A DNA stretch of 64,000 nucleotides from Eledone cirrhosa (Eukaryota): NCBI GenBank assembly GCA_964016885.1, contig OZ024745.1, forward strand, positions 52,204,001 to 52,268,000, read 5' to 3'. The translations under genes and the position numbers were made by a program. Every line of letters begins with the position of its first letter. Positions within the stretch are counted from its first letter, which is position 1. Below, in pieces: positions 43,590 through 56,552 of the stretch. Below the pieces are notes generated by a model, which searched no databases, was not told the DNA's origin, and saw nothing but the letters and a program-made list of their open reading frames with translations.

Positions 43590-44932
43590 ATATGTAGTAT
43601 ATATTTATAAATATATATATAAATATACATATACATAAACATATACATATATACTGATATGTACATATATACACACAATATTTAGACATAATTTTATAAA
43701 GGAATAAACAAAACTTTATAATGTGTGGAACGTCTATTTTAATGTATTTAGTTGTTGTATTTACAAAATAATGTTTATTTGATTAATAATAAGTTGTATA
43801 CTCGACATCTCACTTTCTCAGACGTAATTTATTTTTATTTATTTCTATCTGAAATACTGCACCTGAATAGATATTTTATTGTAAATGCGTAACAGACTTG
43901 AGTAAATTAAATGTTGAAAACTTGAAACGTTGTCAGATATTTCAAGTAATATTAACAAAAGTTTTATTTTGATTTAGTTTTACGTGGTTTGGAAATAAAA
44001 GATAATTAAATATCTATGTTACTCTAATTTTAATTTCCTATGTTTGGCAAATATTAGTTTCAATCAATTTGAAATATTTTGTCTACAGCTGAGAGAGTAA
44101 TTAAGGTTAGGCAATATCTTGTCAGAAATATAACATATATCATATATGGCGTCTCAAAGTTGATCATATTCCACCTCTTGTCTTAACCATTCTGTGTTTT
44201 GCTAATGAATTTTAAATGAATGTATACTATGTTATTAAGAGGTATTTCATTTAGTGGGCCCGTTATCTCCAAATCTTCTAAATACAATATGTTTGTTGTT
44301 ATTTGGAAAATATTATACCCATACATTAACACCGTGTCTTTCCTTTGTTCATTGAAATATACTTGATGTTGCACTTACTTTATCAATATTTTAAATCTGT
44401 GATTTAAACAATATTTAAACAATATTTTGCGTCATAGAAAATTCACTATATCACTTAGATCATTTATATCTGATACCACTTCTATAGAAACCATAACAGT
44501 TGTGGCAAATTTGCTATCAAGTTATTGCTTAACAAATGATAGAAACAAACATTAATCTATATCATAGTCCTTGTATTAACCTGGCCTCGTACCAAAGAGT
44601 TAGCGTATAGAATAATTCCTCGGATTCTGGTTAAATGAAACGTGTTGGGAATTTAATAATTGATATATATCCATTTACTTGACATATACACCTGGCATGC
44701 TTTGGGCAACCTTGTTCACAGGAATTACCGATCAAACATTTAAGAACAAATTGCAATTATTTCAACAGTGGATTATATGTGAAATATTTACTTGTATGAA
44801 ATTATATATAATGAAACCTAGAAGATAATTCGATTCGAATTGAGATGTACGTTTTATAAATGACCTGTAATTTACATATCCCTTCGACTCTGTTCATCGT
44901 TTAATAGAATATGTAATATATATATATATATA

Positions 44933-45075
44933 TAACAAAGAGGGTGCGGTAAGAGTATTCGATTCTTGGAGTAGTAGAGGGGGTAATATGAACAGATTCA
45001 GGATCCCGACGTTTGAGCTCCAGCCGTTTCGACAGCTAGATCCGATAGCTAGATCCGATCCTGAATCTGTTCATA
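44933..45075 (-). mobile_element. Diverged PLE pLTR end fragment with small foldback
   Basis: CCCGACGTTTGAGCTCCAGCCGTTTCGACAGCTA resembles the inverted HHR 3' half; inverted repeat 44988-45006 / 45056-45075. Confidence 0.6.
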
Positions 45076-45642
45076 TACATATAACAAGTTAGTATTTTTG
45101 TCCGCTTCTCAGTTTGTCAGTTCAGTGTTGACAACCTGATAAGAGTCAGTCTAAAAAGAATTAGCATTGAGGCTTGGGATTTAACATAGCAGAATTTCTA
45201 GATATGATCGATATTAATCTCGCATGAGAGAACAGAATTCTATAGTAAAGTATTTCTCAAGTATAGATAATCCATTTACCAGTGAGATACATATACATGT
45301 TTAATCCAGTCTTCTGTACAAGAAAACATGAGGAGTTTGCAAGAAAAAATATATGTTCGTATATTTGAAGCCTTTACGCATTGATATTTTTTATATGAAA
45401 CAAAAAGAACACAATATCTTCGTAAATATATGGATTGAATTAAACAAACAAGGAATATAAATATTATGCTTGCGAATTAAGATAATCCCTGTACATCATA
45501 TGATCGGTAGTTAGATTTGCTTATCATATTTGTTATGTAATGTAAGTAAATGCAAAACTTCTGCTTGCATTAAAAGATATTTACGGGGAACATTATAATA
45601 TGAATAAAAAGTATGAATAAATTAAAACGAGAAAATCTCTCT

Positions 45643-45678
<36 letters not shown>

Positions 45679-45803
45679 AGGGGTGCACAGGCAGAGAGAA
45701 TGGAAAGAACAACGCAGAGACGGAAAGTCCCATCTCCTCAACCAAACTCTGGCGGTCACTACACTTTCGGTTAATTTTAATGATTTTTCAAATATAGAGT
45801 GTG

Positions 45804-45837
<34 letters not shown>

Positions 45838-45855
45838 ACACACACACACACGCAC

Positions 45856-46005
<150 letters not shown>

Positions 46006-46069
46006 TTGCATGAGTACGTGTTATCTGTATGTGTATCTGTGTGCACTTTATATCTGCCTTCGGATAAGT

Positions 46070-46234
46070 GTTAGGCCACCAATTATCCAAGTGCATTATT
46101 GGTACTTTATTTTATCGACCCCGTGAGAATGAAAGGCATAGTTAACCTCGGCAGGATTTGGACTCAAACCATAAAGGGACATAACTCTATTCTGCAATGC
46201 GTGACGTCCGACCCTTTACTGATACTGCCAATCA
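46070..46234 (-). mobile_element. Diverged SINE copy
   Basis: Core TTTATCGACCCCG..GAATGAAAGGC and B box in reverse orientation. Confidence 0.8.
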
Positions 46235-49200
46235 AACACACTCACATAATAATAACAAGTGATGAGTTGCTGGTTTAGTCTATCTTCTTGCGTGATGTCA
46301 TAGTATTATCATGAATGACAGCCCTTATGACTCCAGTTAAGTCTTTCTTAGCTCTTAGGAAGAAATACGTAATGTAATGTCAAATTATAGACCTGATCCG
46401 ATTGCGTACAGCAACGAGTCACTTCTAAAGTCTACACAAAACTTAGTTGAGTATTCTAAACCGGGCATTCGACGATGCAATGTATACTTAAAAATGAATT
46501 GTAACTGTGATCAACCTTAAATTAAAGATGATATATGAATGCTCATTGAAGAGATGTAGTCTCGTACTTAGATTCCATTTTCAGCTGGAAACATCAGAAT
46601 GGGTCTTCTATACATTTTCCTCTTTTATTTATTTTTAGCTGCATCACTTCATTATTTAGATTATGTTAGAGTTCATATGCAATGATGCGATTCTGAACGA
46701 TTTAATTAAACTCGGTGTATAATGTAACCCTGTGAACGCTTTTCATGCATACATGTGTCATTGTTATTCATAGTGTAATTTATGAAACACCTCATAAATA
46801 TCTACAACTTTATAGACAGATCCAGATAAGAGAGAACACGAGGGAAGCGTTTATGAACAGCAGAACAAACGAAAGCGTAGAAACACTATACAAAAAGAAA
46901 AATTGTTAGCGAACAACTGTCATATATCATACTTAGTAATCACAAGAGTATTGACCTTTGCTATTGGAAATATGAATTATCGAAGTATTTGCGGATAATA
47001 TAAAACCTCGATTCCCGTTATTTAAATTTTCATTTAAGTATATATTGGAATATAGGCAGTATTTAGGGACATATGCACTTTTACACAAACCGCACTTGAA
47101 ACTACACACATCTACGAATAATTGATCACATATAAACATATATACAAACCAATGTTCACTATCTATGAATTGTGATCGAAGAAAAACGCTCCTGACATGG
47201 CAGCATTCCATTGAGTGCTTCAAATTTTGGCGACGGCTGGCCTACTAAATAGCCGATGTAATTAAGTAACTAGTCGAAGAAATATTCTGTGATTCTGCTC
47301 CATTTCCTACTTTTCAACTTGTCACATTTTCTGAAATTCACGACCTAGCTGTAAGAAATATATTGACAGCCGATTGCTAATAAGTTATACCTATCTTTTC
47401 TTTCGTACACAATGATATCCAATAATAATTAATATACTATTAGGAAAGTCTACTCTGATAATTTCCGTGCCAACAGCTTGCGACTTGACGTCTATGATTT
47501 TCATAAATGTGCGTCGTTCTGGGCAATTGAAATTCTCTTTGAGTCGATCTGATATATTCTTTTAATTAAATATATTAAGTAGTCCATTATACATCATAAA
47601 CAATGAAAAGGAACTTTCTAAAAGATCGTATCATGCACATAAACATAAGACGAGGAACAGACACACAGAAACCCACAGACTCCAACACACACATATACAA
47701 ATATACACATACATATATGCACACATGATACACATATATGTATACAATCTGTATCACTAATAGAGTGATATCTATCAATTTCTGCATATATGTATAAGTA
47801 CACATAAGTGCACTTACGAATTTTTATATTTGATTTCATGTGTGGATAAGTTTGTGTAAGAACGTCTCTTGAGAGTAAATCTATTTGAAAGAAAATGCCC
47901 CAAAAGAGTGCCTTCGTATAATGCACTTCTAAGTTGATTCATTAAAACGTTTCATACAGTGTGACTCTTTACATTTTCGTGATTGTTGAAATACAATGAT
48001 CTATCGACGGGTATCTTCGAAAAAAACTGCAAAAACTCTATGAAATCTCCGTATCCGAAACCTTATTTTGCACGGTGAGAAAGTTTGTGATCACTAATCT
48101 GATGAACCAAAGCAATTACATTTCTAATATTAACTGCATTCGAAGGAATATCAATTACAATTATGAAAACAAGCATGCAATTTAATATGCATTTAATCTT
48201 GAATAATTCATTGATACAAAAGCCCACTCTAATTTGGTAACATTAAAACACATCATCTCTAAGGTAAAACCCATCTTCGATTACACGTCTTCAATTATAT
48301 TTAAAACACTGAATGTTAGATATGACCCAGGTTGAATCTACTACCAATGTTTGATATGATCTTAACGCATTTGACATCTAACTAATTGGAAGAAACTAAG
48401 TACTTACAGTTAGTGAATATGATAATTCAAAACTCTACTAACATCAAAATGCATACGAGCATTAAACATCGAACTTATTTCTCTTAGGAAGCGTGGGAAC
48501 AATTATTTGCTGATTTGTGGCATATTTGTCACATTATCAACATCTAAATAAATAATCCAATAAGGCGCGTACAGTAGATGAAAGGGAAACAGTGGCAAAC
48601 TATGCATCTTATACAGACTATTGACTTCGAACATGAAATGAATTTATAACAAATAATTCAAAGCATGTAGGTAAAATGGAAATCGGATCTGATTTTTCCA
48701 GCTTCGCTTGCTTGACAGTATATAACAGTTATCTATAATGTTTTACTTTTAACTATATAATGTACGTTCCTTTCCGTATATAATTGACATTAAGATCTGA
48801 CGATATCTAACTCCAATAAATAACCATATTGCAGCCACGAATCTTCTAAGAACAGGAGGTATGGATTAGAAATTATCACCATAGTAGTAGAGGAATGAAA
48901 GCAAGTTATACAAATATAATTAATACAGAAATATGTAGAATCAATGGTACAAGTCTATGATTAGAATCCAATATGGAAATTTGATTTGATATATTATGTC
49001 CAAGAAACGATTTATAACATTATGTTGCTCTTAATACAATTTGTACTATATAACATTTATGTGTTTCCTTTAAACCTAAAAAAAAAACGAATCTGTTGAT
49101 TTAAGGCAATTTGCATTAATCTATGCAATACTCAAGAATATAAAAATAGGTGAAGTCAGTTGCTCGAATATTGATGAACGAGGTTGATATACATATTTTT

Positions 49201-49632
49201 TTTTAGATATTCTAAGAAGATCTGATATGTTTTACAAAATATCCGATGGTATTACAGAGTAAAAATATTACTTTAAGCCGTTGACATATATAATATTAAT
49301 TCATAAATGTTTTACTCTATTCACACAGGAACACAAACGTACACAGAAACAAACGAACTTTCACAAACACAGCCACACTTAAACACACATAGTCCTGGCG
49401 ATATGTTAAGCAGTTCCCTTTTCAAACATATGGTTCTAAGTTCAGTCTCGCTGAGCTGCATGTAGTATTGACTAATCAACTTTAATGGAATTTGATAGAG
49501 TGAGAAATGCAAATGGCCGGCAGTCAGATATAGGCTCTTTTTTCTTATGGCTAAGATTTGTTACACTGTAAGATTTGTTACACTGGACATTCAGTTGTCT
49601 TAAACATTGAAAATCGAAAGTTCCATGAAAGA

Positions 49633-50118
49633 GCATAGTTACGTCCCTTTACGATATGAGTTCAAATCCCGCCGAGGTTGACTTTGCCTTTCATCCTTAC
49701 GGGGTCGATAAAATAAAGTACCAGTAATGTACTGGGTATTTACTGGCCTTGTGCCTAAAGTAGAAACAATTATCTTTAAATGGCCCACAAGGGCGGTGGA
49801 TTGGAAGTATCGGTGGAGGGTCGGACGCCATGCTTTCCAGCATAGTTACGTCCCTTTATGATCTGAGTTCAAATCCCGCCGAGGTTGATTTTGACTTTCA
49901 TCCTTACGGGGTCGATAAAATAAAGTACCAGTAATGCACTGGGTCATTGCTGGCCTTGTGCCTAATGTAGAAACAATTATCTATAAATGGCCCGTGCCAT
50001 TCTGAGTTCAAATCCCGCCGAGGTTAACTTTGCCTTTCATCCTTACGGGGTCGATAAAATAAAGTACCAGTAATGTACTGGGTATTTGCTGGCCGTGTGC
50101 CAAAAGTAGAAACAATTA
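49633..50118 (+). mobile_element. Head-to-tail array of three SINE copies
   Basis: Copies at about 49633-49772, 49790-49980 and 49997-50118; the first two tails are followed by CT(T/A)TAAATGGCCC, the third by ATATAAATG. Confidence 0.88.
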
Positions 50119-53100
50119 TATATAAATGCATTGTCGCATCGATGCGTTTAGATGTACATTATGTATTTGTATTGTGGACTTTATAGCAAGCAGCTTAATT
50201 TATTATAATCACGTTGATACATATATACAGACGCACAGAATGAATTGATAAATGGCTAGTCTGATTGAATTGATAAGTACTTAAAGATGTAGTCGGTGTA
50301 GATGTACACTCTATATTTTACTCTGTGATATTAACCCATTATGGGATAATAATCCATTATATATCACACTCTGCAATTTATGCAGATATTTCTTGACAGT
50401 ATCATAATATAATATCGATCAACATCCTTGCTGCATTCTCTAGCAGAAACCAGTACACTCATATCAACTCAATCATTCTCCATATTCACTAACAGGAGTT
50501 TGTTTAAATTTGTAACTCTTTATTTTGTATTGAATGTTATATCAGTTTCTATATTTAAATAGAGGAATTCAATAGCAAATGCAATTTCTATACTACGTTG
50601 CTATTTATGTAAGTAGTTCACTCTCTAACCTCTGAATATACATTTTATATTCGCGAGAAATGTGTCATGCCGAAATCTATCGCAATTAAATTTTGTCTGG
50701 AGTAGTTGTATGTGTTTTTATTTCTTTGTCAAGACTCCATAATATATATATTCACTCTTCTTTTCTAACGTCGGCAGTACGATCTAGATGTTATTTCTAA
50801 TAGGAAGTGAAACCTTATACATACTTCATTGTTCACGACAATTATGTATAGATGTTTTTGGTGTGTGATTATCGTCAGCCAAGAGAATATGACGCAGACG
50901 TTTTCTCGGAACGCAATTCAGTCATAAACATTTAATATAGTTTTATCTGCCTATTACATCTATGAATAAAATATCCAATGTTTTTTATTTCTTCTAATAT
51001 TCGTATGGCTTAGAGTTTTTGCTGTCGGTTATTATACGGCAAGACACCAAGTAGATGCTATCGAAAAATCGAGCGCATAAACATTTTTGCATGAGCACGT
51101 ACAAACCACAGGTAAATGCTCGTTCTTGTATACATTTACATGCTCTATTATATAGATTGCGTGTACATAAAACTTGACGTTAGCCTATGGATAATGTTAC
51201 TTTTTACATATAGAAAACTGCGTAGTTTTTAAACGTAAACTTTCAATTTGTGATAAACAAAACATGAACGTATTACATCATACTTTATTCTGACGTTTTA
51301 TTCTCTTCTTTTCACTTTTGCTTTAGAATATCGTGTTATTTATATTCTAAACAATCTGCTATGATAAGAAAAGTTCCTAATATGTCAGTTAATGAAATGT
51401 ATTGTTTTTGAAGAACAAAATGTCATGAAAATCTATTTATCAGGTATAGTACTGTAGTACTGAAAGAGGCATAAACATACAAATATAATATTATAAAATA
51501 TCTCTCTATATCAAATTATGTTTCTTAAGAAAGTAAGCAATATATTCAACGTTATTTTTTCGATATAATATAAGAAAACAAACCTTAGTTCTGAATAGAT
51601 TTAGGAAGCTATAACCATAATATAAATCCAGTTTCAACAATACAGAATCAGTCTTAAACTCATACGTATTTACACACGTATGTACTTAAGTATAAATATA
51701 TGAAAACAAGTTCAGATATATTTTCATATAAATTTTCTTACAATTATACGTATCTCTTTTACATGAGATGAAAAATGTAAACATGTATGCAGAGACATAT
51801 ATATGAATCATCCATATATATATGTTATATATGGATATTGCCGATTTCATACGAGTGCACTCAATTACGTGAAGAAGAAAAGAAATAAGACAAATTAGAA
51901 GCACGAGCATGGGTGGAATGAGCGCGCAGATTTTTAAGTGACCTCAGAAAATGCATTGGCTAGTCGATGGTTTGAGAGAGAAGCGCGGAGGGGGAGAAAG
52001 AATGAGAGACAGAAAGAGAAAGAGAGAGTATAACAGAACATATAACAGTGCAGCTTAAAAGATCTCGCAGAATTTAATAATAATGCAAAGGACTGTGTGA
52101 AGAAATGGGAAACTGTCATATAACCACATGCTTCGAAGATACGAAAAGAAGAAGACGAACAGAACATATAAACTTATATGTAGCGATGAGCCGGACGAGA
52201 GTGGGTTGGAGGCATTACATTTACTAGCAGAACAACCGCCGCCGGGGAGGTTTTCTGCTAGCATACGTAGTGTCCATATTGATATCACACGCAAATATAT
52301 ATGCATATAGATATGATGGGTGAATGTAAAAGTAATTTGACAATATACACATACATTGATCAAAGTCTGTTACACATACTTCTGTAATCAGTAAAGTAAT
52401 CGATGATACATTTTGAAAAAAAGGCGATAATGAAGATGGAAAAGCGATGAGACTGTTGACATAAAATGTTCATGAATCTTCACTTGAGAATGTCGATGGC
52501 AAGCTTCACCAGTGAATTTGAAAATAGATGCTGCTGGTGGGAAAGAAAGAATTACACTTATATAGACTTCTTAAGTAGTGTCCTTATATATACTTCTTTA
52601 GTAGTGTCCCATTTCTAGCAATTAAAAAGAAACAGAAATGCATTTCAATCTCAGATGCCATGGGTAGATAATATGTGCGACAACGAAATTCTGTGGGTTT
52701 TACTTTGTCAGCATGTAAGACAATAATCACATTTTCTGAGACTGCATTTCAATGAGTGCCTTGAAGATATTTATATAGGTGGTGGAGTGGGGCAAGTCTT
52801 CTTGCAGGTCCTGCGGGTCCGTAGTATCTAAATTAGTATGATTCAAGCGATTCTGAAGCTCATGATCTGTATCATAGAATTAAATCTGCGCAAACTTGGG
52901 TGAAGCATTACTTGAAAGTAATGATCGAATAACATGGCAAACCTAACATTGGATATTAAATGTGAGACTAAATCCTGGTGCTCTAATCTCTTTGCAACCA
53001 ATTGAAGTTAAGGCATGCACATTTTTATATGCATGCATCTTTTGCAGAAAATAATTTCTCGCTTGAGTTATATAGAAATGTTTCAGTATATTTGGTGGAT

Positions 53101-56100
53101 GAAGAGGGAGTTGAGGGAGTTTCAATTTTTTATGGAAGCAGAACAGAGATTTAGGTTCATGTGGCCAGCGATAAGCTTTGCAGTGCGGAGAAACAGAGGC
53201 AAAGATACTCCCTGCATTATTTTGTGACATTATGGAAAGAAGAGTTTGCTCCTTGAAAGTTTCATCTATAGGATTATTTGCCAGACCTTCAAACGACAAT
53301 CAAAGAACTTATGCATATCCAGCTGAATATTGAATTTGAAAGTTTACTCAGCTGCAGAACGTATATTGATGATGTGAAAAACGAGTCTTGATCCGCAATT
53401 GCATGTGAAAAGATGCAACTAATTAGATCAGCATATGTCTGATAATTAAAATAGTATGGCATAATGAAATTCACCTGACTGCCAAGCTGAATACTTACAA
53501 TATGTACATCTAGTTGTATGTGTAACAAGTAATTTGATTGCATCAACTGTACTCTTCACATCTTAATACAATTATGTTCGAGGCTCTCATCTCGATAATT
53601 GATATTTTGCTCATTACATAGTGAATATGTCCACCATTCAGGGCCCAAATATACTTTCATTTTGTGATGGCATTTCTATGTATGGACGGGAAAAATGTTT
53701 AAATCTTATTCTCAAAAAAATATTTTTTTTAGTTTTATCTAATTTGCCTTTTGCCCTTCAACATCCTTGTTGTTTGTTAGAAATTCGTACATTATAAAAC
53801 TTTATTTTCAGACCTTTCTATCTATGAGAGGGAGATGATTCATATTATTTTGGCTATGGAGGCGATGAAGTCAGGTCAGTTGTAGCTCGTTTAAATATAT
53901 TTCCGTCGAATATTTCATGGTAAATAATGTATATTAGGAAGTACTTATTTGTTAAGTGTTCAAAGAATACTGCATTGTTAAATCATGTGAAACCATGTAT
54001 AAGGTATGAGGATATTTGTACATATTCATATGTGTACACATGTATGTGTGAACATTGTATGTCTGTACTGACATTTGTATGTATAGGCCATCGATGTACA
54101 CGCCATCGATCACTGTATTGCATATATACAAATTATAATTATTCATGGTAAAATGTCGTAAATTTCAATTTCCATCCAGTGAAATAAATTGGAGAATAAT
54201 AGCTCCATATACATATCGGTATATATGTATGTATTATTTAGATTGCTCTGTAAGTGTGGGAATATGCTGGCCTTTATGTGAATATTCGTATAAACGTATG
54301 TGTATAACTACAGGTAAAATACTCATGAGGATATTGAACAATAAAGTAACACATGAAATGTCCTTGATGCTTGTATTACCCCAAGTTTCCCTTCGTTTTC
54401 CATCAACGTTTAATTTATGTCACATTCACAGTAGACTCTTACACACACACTCAAAACTACATACCCAAACACAATGCATTCATACATACATACATACATA
54501 CATATACATACACACACACACACACGCACGCACATACATACATATTTAAGGTTATTTTTCTGTTATTCATTCCGTTTATGTGGCAAAACTTCACATATTT
54601 TCTCTAAACACATACGCCTGCAAGCTAGAATGTTTCATACTCTATCCATAAATGCTATAAGCTTAATATTTCATGAACGTTGTAATATATGAGATTGGGC
54701 AGAATGCACTTGCTTTTAACCCTGTAGAGACGTAGACCAAAATATAAACACTTACACGGTGAAATTATTTCGGCACTCTGAATATATTATTAGCTGTACT
54801 TCAACAATACTGAGTTAACGTAAAAAGCAATTCACAATAGAGCTAGGCAACTGAATTAAAAAAAATATAAAATACTGAAAAGTGTACGTTGTCTTGGGTT
54901 ACATGATTGATATTACCTTCAACAGAGACTGAAATGCTTACAATATTTTACCTGCAATATATTTTCTCTGAGATAGACCTTTATTTAAGGTATAAATAGT
55001 GAAAGGTAAATAATTGTGTATATCACTAATAAAGAGATTAATATTTAGCGTAATTAGACTAGAATAGATGATATACAATATGTTTCCCTGAGCCCTGTTA
55101 TATAAAATTTTGAAATTCGTTAATAGAACATTTCATTTTTTGATCTTATTTCAAAATTGCTACGTGAAATTAATCGAACGACGATAATGTTATGTTATTT
55201 AATGAAGAGGTAACTCTTGAAATGCGTCACAATCAGCAAAGCGGCACCAATATTATCGGAGTTTCAATGAAAAGCTTTTTTCACGTACCACATATAGCAA
55301 CATACAATATATTATAATATATATGTATCAAATTCTGATATTTAAAGTACGGAAATATTTTATAGATTTAAAGTATTTTGGTCTGTCACTAAAAATTATT
55401 ACTTTAAAATATAGTAGGAATAGGACACTGCCTGATATACGAGTTAACATTTTCTAGAAATAATAAAACAATGATAATGAAAATGAGAACTATTATAAGT
55501 TCAAAAACTTACATAATCCATTACATTCAAAATAATATATACATGCGTGTATGCATGCATATATACCCACAACATTCCTACATTCATGCAAGAATATTTC
55601 CATATATACATACAGCTAAATATGACAAAAGATGCAGACCATGAAGAATAACTACCACATATGTCCCCCGCAACATGATGTTGGTGACAGGTTGATGAAA
55701 GAAATCATTGCGACAATATCTATATATATGGCATGACAGAGTGGCCAAAACACTATACAATGCAATTTTTAGAAAGTATAATCCTGAGAATAAACATGTA
55801 AAATTGAGTGATATGGAGGGCATAGTCAAACATAACAGGATATTGTACAGAGCAAAAATAATAAAAAGCATGCTCATATAAATATAAGTTAACTGCCCAT
55901 CAGATGTCAATATAATGCTATAGAAGTAATGGGAATTCTGCTGAAAACTCCACCCTGACAATACCTTTGTATTTGTACTTGAGTTTATTGAAACTCTTTG
56001 ATATGTGCTGAGCTTCACATAACCAGAAAGATCACAGCTAGTTAAGCATTTGTAAATACAGTCCATTTATACAACAGCTAATATATACAAAACAGTTCAG

Positions 56101-56160
56101 AAATCCAGCATGTAATAACGGCCTATATACAAATCCAGCATGTAATAACGGCCTATATAC
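56101..56160. repeat. Perfect 30-bp tandem duplication
   Basis: AAATCCAGCATGTAATAACGGCCTATATAC twice. Confidence 0.95.
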
Positions 56161-56207
56161 AGAAACAAGCACATATACGCATATAACTCAAAACATACAC
56201 GCACGCA

Positions 56208-56249
<42 letters not shown>

Positions 56250-56552
56250 CACAAACATACAATCACATACAGGCATACATATTACTTTACCTAGTTGGTG
56301 TTAAAATTCCAAAGCAGGAGTCAGCTTTCTATATTATAAAACAACTCTGTCTTTGTATTGGTGAAAATGTATAAAATGATTAAACAATAAGGGCGCACAC
56401 ACGCAAATATTGATACATACATACTTATATAAATGCATACATACATACATACATACATACATACATACATACATACATACATACATACATACAAACATAC
56501 ATACAAACCTACATACGTACATATATACATATATACAAACATACATCATACA

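Noticed and set aside
49633-50118. CRISPR-like repeat-spacer appearance
   Set aside because: The repeats are 120-190 bp SINEs in eukaryotic DNA, with no cas genes.
52780-53720. Possible hAT transposase relic (SAAER-like motif near 53348); hAT-like ends at 21323, 26475 and 63468
   Set aside because: Too degenerate; I could not pair terminal inverted repeats or find TSDs.
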